Shown here: one piece after another, positions 28,492 through 39,013 of the stretch
Layout of the letters: each line of letters begins with the position of its first letter
Numbering within the stretch: the first letter of the stretch is position 1
Source: Conexivisphaerales archaeon
GTDB taxonomy: Archaea; Thermoproteota; Nitrososphaeria; Conexivisphaerales; DTJL01
Reading direction: 5' to 3'
Assembly (NCBI GenBank): GCA_049509455.1
Contig: JBEKZX010000001.1
Coordinates: 32,001 to 96,000, forward strand
DNA: 64,000 nt
Position numbers and translations under genes: made by a program
Notes under the pieces: model-generated
Database searches by the model: none
What the model saw: the letters and a program-made list of their open reading frames with translations, nothing else
What the model was told of the DNA's origin: nothing

Positions 28492-28935
28492 TTGTCGTCT
28501 GAAATAAAGCTCACTTCCGAAGAGCTCGGCCTCATGGCCGTCTTCCAGAACGTCACCGGCGTCAGCTCGAGGGACTGCGTGATCGATCAGGCCGGGGATC
28601 GCATAATCTTTGTCCTCGAGAAGGAGTTCATGGGCCAGGCCATCGGCAAGAAGGGGCAGACCATAGCCAACCTCGAGAACGTTCTAGCGCGACCCATCGA
28701 GCTCGTCGAGTACTCCGATGACCCGCGTGAGTTCATCAAGAACGCTCTGGGCTCTAGGAACGTTTTCGAAGCCAAGGTGAACGAGAAGGCCGACGGCTCC
28801 AAGGTGGGCATCGTAACGGTATCGACTAAGAACAAGGGGGCCGTGCTGGGGCGAGGCGGCAGGAACGCCGAGCGGGCGAGGATCCTTGCGAAGCGATACT
28901 TTGGCATCGAACACATTCACATAATAACTCAGTGA
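28492..28935 (+). CDS. nusA: archaeal NusA-like KH-domain factor
   Basis: GQAIGKKG and VLGRGGRN KH loops. Confidence 0.92.
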   Translation: MSSEIKLTSEELGLMAVFQNVTGVSSRDCVIDQAGDRIIFVLEKEFMGQAIGKKGQTIANLENVLARPIELVEYSDDPREFIKNALGSRNVFEAKVNEKADGSKVGIVTVSTKNKGAVLGRGGRNAERARILAKRYFGIEHIHIITQ

Positions 28936-28994
28936 AACGCCTATTGGAACCCAAATCTTATATTGCTCCATGTCAGCGGGTTGATGACTGAGGC

Positions 28995-29435
28995 TTGGCG
29001 CACAAGTCACCCAGAGGCGAGTTCGCTGCCCGAAAGCTGCAGAGCCAGAGGCAGCAGCATCGCTGGTCCAACAAGTACTACAAGAGAAGGATGCTCAAGC
29101 TGGACGAGAAGGCGGACCCCCTCGAGGCTTCCCCTCAGGCTAGAGGGATCGTGCTGGAGAAGGTGGGCGTTGAATCAAAACAACCCAACTCCGCCATCAG
29201 GAAGTGCGTCAGAGTTCAGCTGGTCAAGAACGGAAAGCAGGTCACGGCCTTCCTTCCGGGCGACGGTGCCCTGAACTACGTCGACGAGCACGATGAAGTC
29301 GTCATCGAAGGAATCGGCGGATCTCAGGGAAGGGCCATGGGAGACATCCCAGGCGTCCGGTGGCAGGTTTCCACCGTGAACGGAGTCTCGCTGGGTATGC
29401 TGGTAGTGGGCCGCAAGGAGAAGCCCAAGAGGTAG
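28995..29435 (+). CDS. rps12: ribosomal protein S12 (uS12)
   Basis: [32 protein letters not shown]. Confidence 0.97.
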   Translation: MAHKSPRGEFAARKLQSQRQQHRWSNKYYKRRMLKLDEKADPLEASPQARGIVLEKVGVESKQPNSAIRKCVRVQLVKNGKQVTAFLPGDGALNYVDEHDEVVIEGIGGSQGRAMGDIPGVRWQVSTVNGVSLGMLVVGRKEKPKR

Positions 29436-29441
29436 ACGCCC

Positions 29442-30035
29442 ATGACGGAAAAGATTCTGCTATTCGGGAAATGGGACGTTTCTGAAGTCGAAGTCACCGA
29501 CGTGGGCCTACAGAGGGTCCTTTCGCTGAAGCCCTCGGTCATACCCCACACGCACGGCCGTCATGAGCACAAAAAATTTGGCAAGGCGGACGTCAGCATC
29601 GTCGAGCGGTTGGCCAACTCTTTGATGCATTTCGGGAGGAAGGACGCGAAGAACACCGGCAGGATGGGCGGCAAGAAGCAGAAGAGCATGAACATAGTGA
29701 GCGCCGCCTTGGAAATCGTCGAGCTGAAGACGGGCGAGAACCCCGTCCAAGTCCTCGTCCAGGCCGTCGAGAACGCGGCCCCCAACGAAGACACGACAAG
29801 AATAAGCTATGGAGGTGTCGTGTACCACCTCTCCGTCGACGTCGCACCCCTCCGCCGGATCGACCTGGCGTTGAGGTTCATAGCCGAAGGGGTGAGGGAG
29901 GCGGCATTCTCCTCCCAGCGTGGCATCGAAGAGGTTCTGGCCGAGGAGATAATCGCCGCCGCGAACAACGACGGCTCAAGCTTCTCCGTGAAGAAGAAGA
30001 CGGAGCAGGAGCGCATCGCCCTCTCTTCACGTTAG
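29442..30035 (+). CDS. rps7: ribosomal protein S7 (uS7)
   Basis: [39 protein letters not shown]. Confidence 0.97.
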   Translation: MTEKILLFGKWDVSEVEVTDVGLQRVLSLKPSVIPHTHGRHEHKKFGKADVSIVERLANSLMHFGRKDAKNTGRMGGKKQKSMNIVSAALEIVELKTGENPVQVLVQAVENAAPNEDTTRISYGGVVYHLSVDVAPLRRIDLALRFIAEGVREAAFSSQRGIEEVLAEEIIAAANNDGSSFSVKKKTEQERIALSSR

Positions 30036-30053
30036 AACTCCTCGTGCTAAACC

Positions 30054-30060
30054 TTAAATA
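30054..30060 (+). promoter_or_regulatory. TATA box upstream of tuf
   Basis: TTAAATA in the rps7-tuf spacer. Confidence 0.6.
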
Positions 30061-30101
30061 ATATCTTCCTTGTGGTAATGCGTTAGTTAGGGTGCATCCA
30101 G

Positions 30102-31418
30102 TTGCCTGAGAAACCACACTTGAACATCGTAGTCACCGGCCATATCGACCACGGCAAATCGACTACCATGGGTCACTTACTCTTCGAGCTCGGCGTCGTC
30201 GACCAGCGGCTCATTGACGAGTACGCGAAGAGCTCCGAAGAGACAGGCAGAGGCGACACTTTCAAGTTCGCTTGGGTCCTTGACCAGCTCAAGGAAGAGA
30301 GGGAGAGAGGCATCACCGTGGACCTGGCGTTCCAGAAGTTCGAGAGCAAGAAGTACAGTTTCACGCTCATCGACGCCCCCGGACACAGGGACTTCGTAAA
30401 GAACATGATTACGGGAGCCAGCGAGGCCGACGCGGCCGTTCTGGTGATCTCGTCCAAACCCGGAGAGACGGAGGCGGGACTCGGCGAAGGCGGCCAGACC
30501 GTGGAGCACGCCTTCCTGCTGAAGACTCTGGGCGTCAACCAGCTGATCGTGCTGATTAACAAGATGGACGCCACCACCCCCACTCCCTACGACCAGAAGA
30601 GGTTCGAGGAAGTGAAGGCCGAGGCGTCGGCCCTTCTGAAGAAGGTGGGGTACAAAGTCGAAACGCTCAGCATCATACCGGTATCCGGCTGGAAGGGCGA
30701 CAACCTCATCACCAGGTCCACCAACATGCCTTGGTACAAGGGTCCCACCGTGATGGACGCTCTGGACCTCCTGGTTGAGCCCTCCAAGCCCACAGACAAG
30801 CCACTGAGGATACCCGTCCAGGACGTCTACACTATCACCGGTGTCGGGACAGTCCCCGTCGGCAGGGTGGAGACGGGAGTCCTGAAGCCCAACGACGTCG
30901 TGGTGGTGATGCCTACGGGGGTAAAGGGTGAAGTCAAGACCATCGAGACTCACCACTCCCAGATTCCGCAAGCCATACCCGGGGACAACATCGGCTTCAA
31001 CATCAGGGGCATAGCCAAGACCGACATCAAGAGGGGCGACGTCGTAGGCTCCCCCAACTTCCCGCCCTGCGTGGCGAAGGAATTCGTGGGCCAGATAATC
31101 GTAGTGTTCCATCCGACAGCCATCGCCGCAGGCTACACCCCAGTCCTTCATGCGCACACTCTGCAGGTCGCGGCCTCAGTGAGCGAGCTGGTGTCGAAGA
31201 TCGACCCGCGCACCGGCCAGGTGGTGGAGGACAAGCCCAAGAGCCTGAAGACGGGCGACGCGGCCATCGTGAAGATAAGGCCGCTTAAGCCCGTCTGCAT
31301 CGAGACCTACAAGGACTTCCCCGAGCTGGGAAGGTTCGCTCTTAGGGACTCGGGCAGGACGGTGGCGGCCGGCATCGTGAAGGAAATAACCATCAAGCAG
31401 GAAGTCCAGGTCAAGTAG
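30102..31418 (+). CDS. tuf: elongation factor 1-alpha
   Basis: GHIDHGKST, RERGIT, DAPGHRDFVKNMITG, NKMD, GRFALRD. Confidence 0.98.
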   Translation: MPEKPHLNIVVTGHIDHGKSTTMGHLLFELGVVDQRLIDEYAKSSEETGRGDTFKFAWVLDQLKEERERGITVDLAFQKFESKKYSFTLIDAPGHRDFVKNMITGASEADAAVLVISSKPGETEAGLGEGGQTVEHAFLLKTLGVNQLIVLINKMDATTPTPYDQKRFEEVKAEASALLKKVGYKVETLSIIPVSGWKGDNLITRSTNMPWYKGPTVMDALDLLVEPSKPTDKPLRIPVQDVYTITGVGTVPVGRVETGVLKPNDVVVVMPTGVKGEVKTIETHHSQIPQAIPGDNIGFNIRGIAKTDIKRGDVVGSPNFPPCVAKEFVGQIIVVFHPTAIAAGYTPVLHAHTLQVAASVSELVSKIDPRTGQVVEDKPKSLKTGDAAIVKIRPLKPVCIETYKDFPELGRFALRDSGRTVAAGIVKEITIKQEVQVK

Positions 31419-31446
31419 GGTTCGAATCCCGTTTCTGTATTGTTCG

Positions 31447-33240
31447 CTAACCTAGCACGGGCTCTACGAACCTGAACGTTCTTGTGTTCAGCAGCCCCTT
31501 GTCGCTCAGCCTCAGCTCCGGGAGGACGGTGAGGGTTATCAGAGACATCGTCATGAAGGGTTCTACCATCTCACAGCCCATCCTCCTCCATGCTTCAAGG
31601 AGGCCCTCTGCCTCCTCGGCGACCTCTTCGACCGGCCTCTCAGAGAGGAGCCCGGCCACTGGGAGCCGAATCGAGCCGACGACGTGCTTCCCCCTGACCG
31701 CCACCATCCCCCCTCCCTGCTCTGTGACCGTCCTAGCTGCGAAGGCCATGTCCCTTTCGTCGGCTCCCACCAGGAGCAGGTTGTGTGAGTCGTGCGCGAC
31801 CGTCGATGCCACGGCCCCGTCCTTGAAGCCGAAACCTTTCGTGAATGCTACGGCCTTGTTCCCTCTTCCATGGTGCCTCTCTACGACGGCGACCTTCAGG
31901 ACGTCCTTTGAGCGAGAGATTTGCGCTTCGCTGTCCCTCACGGCCACTTCCTCGATGAGCTCCTTAGTATACACGCTGCCCCCCGTCACCCCTATGGCCC
32001 TGACCTCCACGGTCCCCCGTTCCTCGGGTGCCCTTATCACAAAATCTTCGGGGACGGGGAGGCGCTTGAGATGAATCGACTCCACCATCTGCTTGGGAGC
32101 CTTCGGCTGCTTGATGTCGACTTCCAGGCGACCGTCCCTGGCTACGACTCTGCCGTCGGCCATCACCATGGAGGGCCTGAAGTCCTCCAGAGACGGGAGC
32201 AACAACAGGTCGGCGCTCCTCATGGGCGAAATGGATCCCAGATAGCGTCCCATTTCATAGTGTTCGGCCGGGTTTATCGTGGCCATCTGGATGGCCACGA
32301 CGGGGGAGACGCCCTCTTCGACGGCCCTCCTCACCACATGGTCCATGTGGCCTTCCCTCACTAGGGAGCCTGGCTCCCTATCATCGGTCACGAGGCAGAC
32401 GTGGCGACTGTCCACCCCTCCCTCGGTTACTGCCCTGATGGTCTCCTTCAGGTCAAGCCACGCCGAGCCCTCCCTCACCTGGAGGTACATACCCCTCCTC
32501 AGCTTCTCGACAGCCTCCTCCTTGCTCGTCGCTTCATGGCACGACGTGATCCCTGCGGCCACGTATGCCGACAGAGATCGGTCACGGAGGCCAGGGGAAT
32601 GGCCTTCCACCAGCATCCCAGCTTCGAGGGTTGCCCGAATCTTTCCCATTACGTTCTTGTCCAGGCTCAGGACCCCGGGATAGTTCATCATCTCGCCCAG
32701 GGCCACCACGTTCGGCCACTTCAGCGCCTTCGAAATATCAAGGGGGCCTATGGCCGCGCCCGCCGTTTCGAACCCCGGGAAGGCTGGCACGCACGAAGGC
32801 AGGGTGAAGTAGACCTTCAAGGGGAGGGAAAGAGACTCCCTGAGCATGTACCTGACCCCCAACATCCCCATGACGTTCCCGATTTCATGAGGGTCCACGA
32901 AGACCGTGGTCGTCCCCCTGGGGAGGACGGCCCTCGCAAACTGGGTAGGCGTGACCATGGAGCTCTCTATGTGCATGTGAGCGTCGATGAGCCCGGGGGC
33001 AAGGTACATCCCTCTCGCGTCGATGACCTCCGTACGGGGTCCCACGGTATGCTTAGCTTCCCCCACCAGCGCTATCCTGTCCCTTTTGACGGCGACGTCC
33101 ACGTCCTCCTCTATCTCGCCTGTGTTGACGTTCACAAGACGAGCATGGCGAATGACCGCGTCGGCATAGGTGCGACCCATAGCGGTGTCGACGAGAAGAC
33201 CTCCGATGGCGCTAGGTCGGCTGCGCCACTTCACAGACAT
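31447..33240 (-). CDS. ade: adenine deaminase
   Basis: PGLIDAHMHIESSM, DPHEIGNV, EMMNYPG, VTDDR, AHDSHN. Confidence 0.93.
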   Translation of the reverse strand: MSVKWRSRPSAIGGLLVDTAMGRTYADAVIRHARLVNVNTGEIEEDVDVAVKRDRIALVGEAKHTVGPRTEVIDARGMYLAPGLIDAHMHIESSMVTPTQFARAVLPRGTTTVFVDPHEIGNVMGMLGVRYMLRESLSLPLKVYFTLPSCVPAFPGFETAGAAIGPLDISKALKWPNVVALGEMMNYPGVLSLDKNVMGKIRATLEAGMLVEGHSPGLRDRSLSAYVAAGITSCHEATSKEEAVEKLRRGMYLQVREGSAWLDLKETIRAVTEGGVDSRHVCLVTDDREPGSLVREGHMDHVVRRAVEEGVSPVVAIQMATINPAEHYEMGRYLGSISPMRSADLLLLPSLEDFRPSMVMADGRVVARDGRLEVDIKQPKAPKQMVESIHLKRLPVPEDFVIRAPEERGTVEVRAIGVTGGSVYTKELIEEVAVRDSEAQISRSKDVLKVAVVERHHGRGNKAVAFTKGFGFKDGAVASTVAHDSHNLLLVGADERDMAFAARTVTEQGGGMVAVRGKHVVGSIRLPVAGLLSERPVEEVAEEAEGLLEAWRRMGCEMVEPFMTMSLITLTVLPELRLSDKGLLNTRTFRFVEPVLG

Positions 33241-33393
33241 TTAAATTCAATCGTCGTCCGTTTCTATTAAGTGTTTACGGTCGAGTCTGTAAGGTCTTGA
33301 CATACGATGCCCCCCTGACAGACAGTTTGGGCGAAATGTCCATTGGACAACCTTAAATCTCAGATGAAGCCAATTTATTTTGAGTGTCTACCG

Positions 33394-34725
33394 TTGGGAG
33401 AAAAACAAGATGTCAACAAGCCCTATGAGCTGGCGGTCAAATATGCGAAATACTACGGTGGAAAGGTCGAAGTCGTCCCCCGTGTTCCCGTCACCTCGCT
33501 GAAGGATTTTGGGGTGTGGTACACGCCTGGCGTGGCTCAGGTCTCGAAGGAGATATTCAAAGACAAAGGCCTCTCCTTTGAGTATACCAACCGTTGGAAT
33601 ACGATCGCCATCCTCACCAACGGGACCAGGGTCCTCGGCCTGGGCGACATCGGCCCGGAGGCTTCGGCGCCTGTGATGGAGGGGAAGGCTCTAATATTCA
33701 AGTACCTAGGAGGGGTCGACGCCTTCGCCCTTCCCATCAGAGTCCCAGACAAGGAACGTTTCGTCGATGTGGCGAAGGTCCTCGAGCCGGCCCTGGGCGG
33801 CATCAACCTCGAAGACATCAGACAGCCCGACTGTTTCTACATACTGGAGAGATGCAGGAGGGAGATGAACATCCCTGTCTGGCATGATGACCAGCAGGGG
33901 ACCGCGGCTGCCACCGTCGCTGGGTTAATCAATGCCGTGAAGGTGGTCGGCAGGAAGATGGCCGACGTCTCGGTGGTCTTCCTCGGTGCGGGTGCTGCCA
34001 ACATCAGCAACGCGCGCCTGGCCATGACCGCCGGCGTCGACCCGAAGAAGATAATCCTCGTGGACAGCAAGGGCATCCTGCAGCCCGAACGCGAGGACAT
34101 TGACAAGATTGCCCTGCAGAACCCCTGGAAGTACGAAATCACGCTCAAGACGAACGGCGATAAGAAGAAGGGCGGCATCTCCGACGCGCTGAAGGGAGCG
34201 AACGTCCTGATTGCCGCCGCCACCCCAGGCCCCGACGTCGTGAAGACCGAGTGGATCAAGAGCATGGAGAAGGATTCGATTGTGTTCGCTATGGCGAACC
34301 CCGTGCCCGAGATATGGCCCTGGGAGGCGAAGAATGCTGGCGCCAAGATCGTCGCCACCGGCCGCAGCGACTTCCCCAACCAGGTGAACAATTCACTGGT
34401 CTTCCCCTCACTGTTCAGGGGCGTCCTGGACATCAGGGCTAAGACCATCACCGACGAGATGGCCGTCGCCGCCTCAATCGAGCTGGCGGAGTTCGCCGAG
34501 GAGGGAGGGCTCAGCGAAGAGCGCATCGTCCCCAAGATGACCGAGTGGGAGGTCTATCCGCGCGTGGCCACGGCGGTCGCCATGAAGGCCATGGAGCAGG
34601 GCATCACCAGGAAGAAGATGACTAGGAATGAGCTCATGGAGACGGCCACCGTCATGATATCCCATGCTAGGAACCAAATCGACGTGCTGATGAGGAACGG
34701 CGTAATACCACCTTTCCCGGAATGA
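33394..34725 (+). CDS. NAD(P)-dependent malic enzyme
   Basis: YTPGVA, TNGTRVLGLG, MEGKALIFK, INLEDI, HDDQQGT, ATGRSDFPNQVNN. TTG 33394 chosen; the track start is 33343. Confidence 0.92.
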   Translation: MGEKQDVNKPYELAVKYAKYYGGKVEVVPRVPVTSLKDFGVWYTPGVAQVSKEIFKDKGLSFEYTNRWNTIAILTNGTRVLGLGDIGPEASAPVMEGKALIFKYLGGVDAFALPIRVPDKERFVDVAKVLEPALGGINLEDIRQPDCFYILERCRREMNIPVWHDDQQGTAAATVAGLINAVKVVGRKMADVSVVFLGAGAANISNARLAMTAGVDPKKIILVDSKGILQPEREDIDKIALQNPWKYEITLKTNGDKKKGGISDALKGANVLIAAATPGPDVVKTEWIKSMEKDSIVFAMANPVPEIWPWEAKNAGAKIVATGRSDFPNQVNNSLVFPSLFRGVLDIRAKTITDEMAVAASIELAEFAEEGGLSEERIVPKMTEWEVYPRVATAVAMKAMEQGITRKKMTRNELMETATVMISHARNQIDVLMRNGVIPPFPE

Positions 34726-34825
34726 GCGACGACGCAGGGAAGTTGCGAAGAGGCTCCTCATTCTACGCAAGGGAGGCTTCAGATCCCTCAGCGGTGCCCA
34801 CGCCACGGCTATGAGATGGGCGTCT

Positions 34826-36118
34826 CTAGAGGCGCTGGACCTTCAGCTTAAGGAAGTGCGTAGCGCATGATATGCACGGGTCGTAGTTCCGCACCGCCAT
34901 TTCGCTTATCCTCCTGGCCTCAGCGGGAGGTGCTTCGATGATTCTCGGGGCCAGCTGCCTCACATCCTCCTCGATCCGCACCTGGTTTTGGGCCGTTGGT
35001 GGGACGATTTTCGCCTTCTCAATGTACCCCTTCCGGCTCACCTCGTAGCTGTGGTAGAGGACCCCCCTCGGCGCCTCGCTCACCCCGAAGCCCGTTCCCT
35101 CGCGATACTCATAGCTCGAATAGGGATGAGCCGGTTTGGAATACAGCCTCACCTCCTCCTTGACCTGTTCTAGGGCGTGCACCAGTTCGAGCGCCCGGCC
35201 CACGATGCTCTTGAATGGGTCGGTCACCGGTGACTTGAAGCCGACATCGTCCGCCAGCTCCCTGGCCTTCGGGCTGAGCTGGTCGAAGTTCAGGTTGACC
35301 CTCGCCAACGGCCCCACCATGTATGACTCTCCCTCCCTGGTCAGGGAGCGGAGCGCATTAGAGTACTCCACCTGGTGTTCGACGAAATTATCCTCGTAAG
35401 CCGACGGAGCAATGTGGAGCCCTCTATTCGAGACGATGTCTCCGCCGGTGATCGCGTAGCGCGTGGACTCCCTTAAGCTCACGAAGGTCACGTCCCTTTC
35501 CAGCGCGGGAGCTTCGAATGAACTAGTGAGGCGGACGGCCTCTTCAGCGAAGCCCTGTAATGTCTCCAGTTTCAAAAGCGACCCAGCCAAAGACTCTCTC
35601 TCAGGTGCCTTGTATATCCCTCCCAGTTTCAACGATACCGGGTGCACCTCCCTTCCGCCTATCACCGCCATCAGGCTGTTCCCGAGGTGTTTCAGAGAGA
35701 GGGCCTTGTTGACGAGGTCCGGCTTCTGCTTCGCTAGGGTCATAGCGTCTGGAACCCTGAGGAAGTCCGGGGCGGCCAGCATGAACACGTGGAGGGCGTG
35801 GCTTTCTATCCATTCGCCTAGGTAGATGAGCCGCCGCAGCCGCTGCACCTGCTCATCTATCTCCACGCCGAAGAGCCCTTCTAGGGCGTTCAGAGCACTG
35901 ATCTGGTAGGCCACGGGGCAGATGCCACAGATCCTGGATACTATATCCACCACCTCTTCGACCTTCCTCCCTTGCAGGAAGGCTTCATAGTAGCGCGGTG
36001 GCTCGAACATGTTCAGGCGGACGTCTAGGACCTTCCCGCCCTCGCTCTCAATCGTGAGAGAACCCTCGCCTTCGACCCTGGCGAGAGGACCCGTGTCCAC
36101 GACAAGCCTCTTAGTCAA
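34826..36118 (-). CDS. hydA: [NiFe] hydrogenase group 3b-type large (alpha) subunit
   Basis: ARVEGEG, L1 RICGICP, L2 DPCISCATH with a C-terminal extension. Confidence 0.93.
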   Translation of the reverse strand: MTKRLVVDTGPLARVEGEGSLTIESEGGKVLDVRLNMFEPPRYYEAFLQGRKVEEVVDIVSRICGICPVAYQISALNALEGLFGVEIDEQVQRLRRLIYLGEWIESHALHVFMLAAPDFLRVPDAMTLAKQKPDLVNKALSLKHLGNSLMAVIGGREVHPVSLKLGGIYKAPERESLAGSLLKLETLQGFAEEAVRLTSSFEAPALERDVTFVSLRESTRYAITGGDIVSNRGLHIAPSAYEDNFVEHQVEYSNALRSLTREGESYMVGPLARVNLNFDQLSPKARELADDVGFKSPVTDPFKSIVGRALELVHALEQVKEEVRLYSKPAHPYSSYEYREGTGFGVSEAPRGVLYHSYEVSRKGYIEKAKIVPPTAQNQVRIEEDVRQLAPRIIEAPPAEARRISEMAVRNYDPCISCATHFLKLKVQRL

Positions 36119-36878
36119 CTGTCTCCAACCACCTTCTGAACTCCTTCGAGTACGAGTTTATCCCCTTTACAAGCAGCTTGACGGCGGAAAGGTCGATGCC
36201 GCTCTTCTCGAGCCAGGAGGCATAGGATTTCAGGTTGACGTCGTCTGACGGCCCGAAGCAGCCGTAGCAGCCCCTGCCGAACGAGGGGCAGATGGCACCG
36301 CAGCCGTCCACCGTGGCAGGTCCCATACAGGGCGTCCCGTTGGCCACCACTACGCAGACGGTCCCCTTCCTTTTGCACTCGAAGCAGACGGCATTGGCGG
36401 GTAGCCTCGGCCTGGCGCCTCGGAGCACCGCCGAGAAGAACTGCAGCAACTGCACCTTGCTGATCGGGCAACCGCGAAGCTCGAAGTCCACCGCAACGAA
36501 ATCACTGACCGGCAGCGCCTTCTCCAAGGAACGCACTATCTTCGGCTCCGGATAGACCGCCTCCTTAAAGATGTCCAGCCTGCTCCAGTTCCTCAGAGCC
36601 TGCAGCCCGCCTGCCGTGGCGCAGGCGCCTATGGTGACCAGCATCCTGGAGTCCTCCCTAACACGCAGGATCTTCTCCACCTCGTCCGGCGTGGAGATGG
36701 AGCCCTCGACGAGGGCCACGTCGTAGGGTGCGCCGGCCGAGGCGCTGGTGGCCTCCAGGAAGTCGCAAATCTCCACGCTGTCAGCAATTGCCAGAAGCTC
36801 ATCTTCGGCGTCCAATATGGAGAGCTGGCATCCGTCGCACGACGAGAACTTGAAAACTCCCAGCCTGGGCTTCGCCAT
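36111..36878 (-). CDS. hydD: [NiFe] hydrogenase small (delta) subunit
   Basis: SSCDGCQ, GACAT.GG, RGCP, C-terminal Cys cluster. Confidence 0.92.
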   Translation of the reverse strand: MAKPRLGVFKFSSCDGCQLSILDAEDELLAIADSVEICDFLEATSASAGAPYDVALVEGSISTPDEVEKILRVREDSRMLVTIGACATAGGLQALRNWSRLDIFKEAVYPEPKIVRSLEKALPVSDFVAVDFELRGCPISKVQLLQFFSAVLRGARPRLPANAVCFECKRKGTVCVVVANGTPCMGPATVDGCGAICPSFGRGCYGCFGPSDDVNLKSYASWLEKSGIDLSAVKLLVKGINSYSKEFRRWLETVD

Positions 36879-36881
36879 GGC

Positions 36882-37712
36882 CTACACCCCCTCCTTCGCG
36901 AAGAACCTCTTCACCATGGGGTAGGCGAAGATGGGCCCGTCCTTGCAAATGAACACCGGCCCCATCTGGCAATGGCCGCAGGTTCCGACGCCGCAGCTCA
37001 TGTGCCTCTCAAGGGAGACGAAGATATTGTCCTGAGGGACCCTGCGCCGGAGGAGTTCCTGCACTGTAAACTTCATCATTATTTCGGGCCCGCAGACAAA
37101 GGCCATGGCTTCTTCGGCCAAGACGTCCACCTCCTTGAACAAGGTCGTCACTACGCCGACGTTCTTCGACCAACCCTCTTCGGCCCTGTCCACGGTGGTA
37201 AGGAATTGGCCTCCTTCCCTTTTGCTCCAGCTTGCGTGCTCGTACTTGTAAAGCAGGTCCTTCGGGGTCCTAGCACCGTAAAGTATCTTCACACCTTTGA
37301 AGCTGTGGGCGGAAGCAAGGGCATCCAGGATGACCGGGCGCAAAGGCGCCAGCCCCAGCCCTCCGGCGATAATCAATAGCTCCTTTCCATGGCTGCGCTC
37401 TACTGGCCACGAAGAGCCGAATGGGCCTCGCAGCCCTAAGACGTCCCCCATCTTCAGCCTAGAGATGAGCATGGTCACAGCGCCCACGGAGCGAATCGTA
37501 TGTTTAACCGTCTTCTCGCTGCGGGACGACGCGATGGAGATGGGCACCTCGCCTACTCCATAGACGTAAAGCATGTTGAACTGGCCCGGCTGGAAGTCGG
37601 CCGGCCCCCTTCCATCTGATAGCTCAAACGAAAAGGACAACGTGTCGGGGGTTTCAGGCACTATCTCCTTGACGACGGCCTGCGTGTATGTGAGCGCCAG
37701 GGTTTCAGGCAA
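36882..37712 (-). CDS. hydG: hydrogenase gamma subunit (FAD/NAD(P)-binding, 2Fe-2S)
   Basis: FQPGQFNML, GPFG, GGLGLAPL, CGPEIMM, HMSCGVGTCGHCQ. TTG 37712 overlaps the beta-subunit stop. Confidence 0.92.
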   Translation of the reverse strand: MPETLALTYTQAVVKEIVPETPDTLSFSFELSDGRGPADFQPGQFNMLYVYGVGEVPISIASSRSEKTVKHTIRSVGAVTMLISRLKMGDVLGLRGPFGSSWPVERSHGKELLIIAGGLGLAPLRPVILDALASAHSFKGVKILYGARTPKDLLYKYEHASWSKREGGQFLTTVDRAEEGWSKNVGVVTTLFKEVDVLAEEAMAFVCGPEIMMKFTVQELLRRRVPQDNIFVSLERHMSCGVGTCGHCQMGPVFICKDGPIFAYPMVKRFFAKEGV

Positions 37713-38829
37713 CCTTGACCACCTCCGGGAGCGGCCTCTTCTCTCCCTGCGTCCTGAGAACCCTGTTAACCGTGTCGGAGATGTCAATCCCCACCGGGCA
37801 CCAAGTGATGCACCTGCCGCATCCGACGCAGCCGTAGAGCTTGAACTGGTCCGGCCAGTAGGCGAACTTGTGCATCACGAACTGGCGGTAGCGGGCCTTC
37901 CTCTCCAGGCGTGGGTTCCCGCCAGCGCTGTAGGTGAAGTTCTTGGAGAGGCAGGAGTCCCAGACCCTCACCCTGGTAACGCTTCCGTCTTTCAGGTCCG
38001 TGGCGTCCTGGAGGATGTTGCAGAAACACGTGGGACATACCATGGTGCAGTTGCCGCAGCTCAGGCATCTCTGCGCCATCTCTTCCCATATCGGGCTCTC
38101 CAGCCCCGTGTACATGAAGTCGGAGGGGTTCTCCCTGTCGATCCTCTTGTGCATATCCTTGCTCACCTTGCGGATCAGGTCCCGCTCCTGGTGTAGCTCC
38201 TCCGGCGTGGCAGGCCACATCTCAATTCCCTCCATCAGGCTCATCCTTCCTTCAGTTACGTCCACGAGGATCTTGTCAGGTAGCTCGGTGATGGCGAGGT
38301 CGTAGCCGCCCTTCGCCTTCGGGCCCGTCCCCATGGAGGCGCAGAAGCAATTCTCTCCTGCCCTGCCGCAGTTGACCACGATCGTTAACGACACCTTCCT
38401 GAGAGGCGTGTACACCGGGTCCTTGTACTGCTCCATCATGAGCGCCCTGTCGAGCACTTCGACAGCTTTCAGATCGCAGGGTCGGAGGCCTAGGAAGGCG
38501 TACTTCTCTTCAGCCCGATAGACCGACTCCACCTTCAGCCCGACCCGGTCCTCCTTGAGCGTCACCATCGGCACGGAGCTCGGGTGAAGGAACTTCTTGG
38601 CTGACTGGGGGCCGTTCACCGCGGAGAATACGAACGGAGACGGTCCTTCCACCCTATACTTGCCTGGGGCCTGGACGTCCACCACGCCCGATGCCAGGTC
38701 CCCGAACGCTTCTATCTCCTTGAGGCAGACCGCGCCGTCTTCGAGCTTGGGGCCTATCACGGTATAGCCTAGGGAACGCAGGTTGGAGATCAGCCTCGAA
38801 AGGGCTTCTCGCTTTGCGACGTATTGCAA
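37705..38829 (-). CDS. hydB: hydrogenase beta subunit (4Fe-4S, AsrA-like)
   Basis: CLSCGNCTMVCPTCFC and CVGCGRCITWCP. Confidence 0.92.
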   Translation of the reverse strand: MQYVAKREALSRLISNLRSLGYTVIGPKLEDGAVCLKEIEAFGDLASGVVDVQAPGKYRVEGPSPFVFSAVNGPQSAKKFLHPSSVPMVTLKEDRVGLKVESVYRAEEKYAFLGLRPCDLKAVEVLDRALMMEQYKDPVYTPLRKVSLTIVVNCGRAGENCFCASMGTGPKAKGGYDLAITELPDKILVDVTEGRMSLMEGIEMWPATPEELHQERDLIRKVSKDMHKRIDRENPSDFMYTGLESPIWEEMAQRCLSCGNCTMVCPTCFCNILQDATDLKDGSVTRVRVWDSCLSKNFTYSAGGNPRLERKARYRQFVMHKFAYWPDQFKLYGCVGCGRCITWCPVGIDISDTVNRVLRTQGEKRPLPEVVKVA

Positions 38830-39013
38830 GGCTCGCTCAGGGCTTTCACCGTCTCCCCAGCCTAAGAAGATTTGTCATGGAGGACCAATGGGACGGAGCC
38901 CGTCTTGGCACGCATAAACCCACGAAGAGAATTATAGTATATATTTTGTGGGAATATTGTCAGGTTTTTGGGTATTTTACAATGGTTCATGGAGCGATGA
39001 AAGGCGGAAGGAT

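Noticed and set aside
34826-38829. Selenocysteine in the hydrogenase subunits
   Set aside because: All metal-binding motifs use Cys codons; no in-frame TGA.
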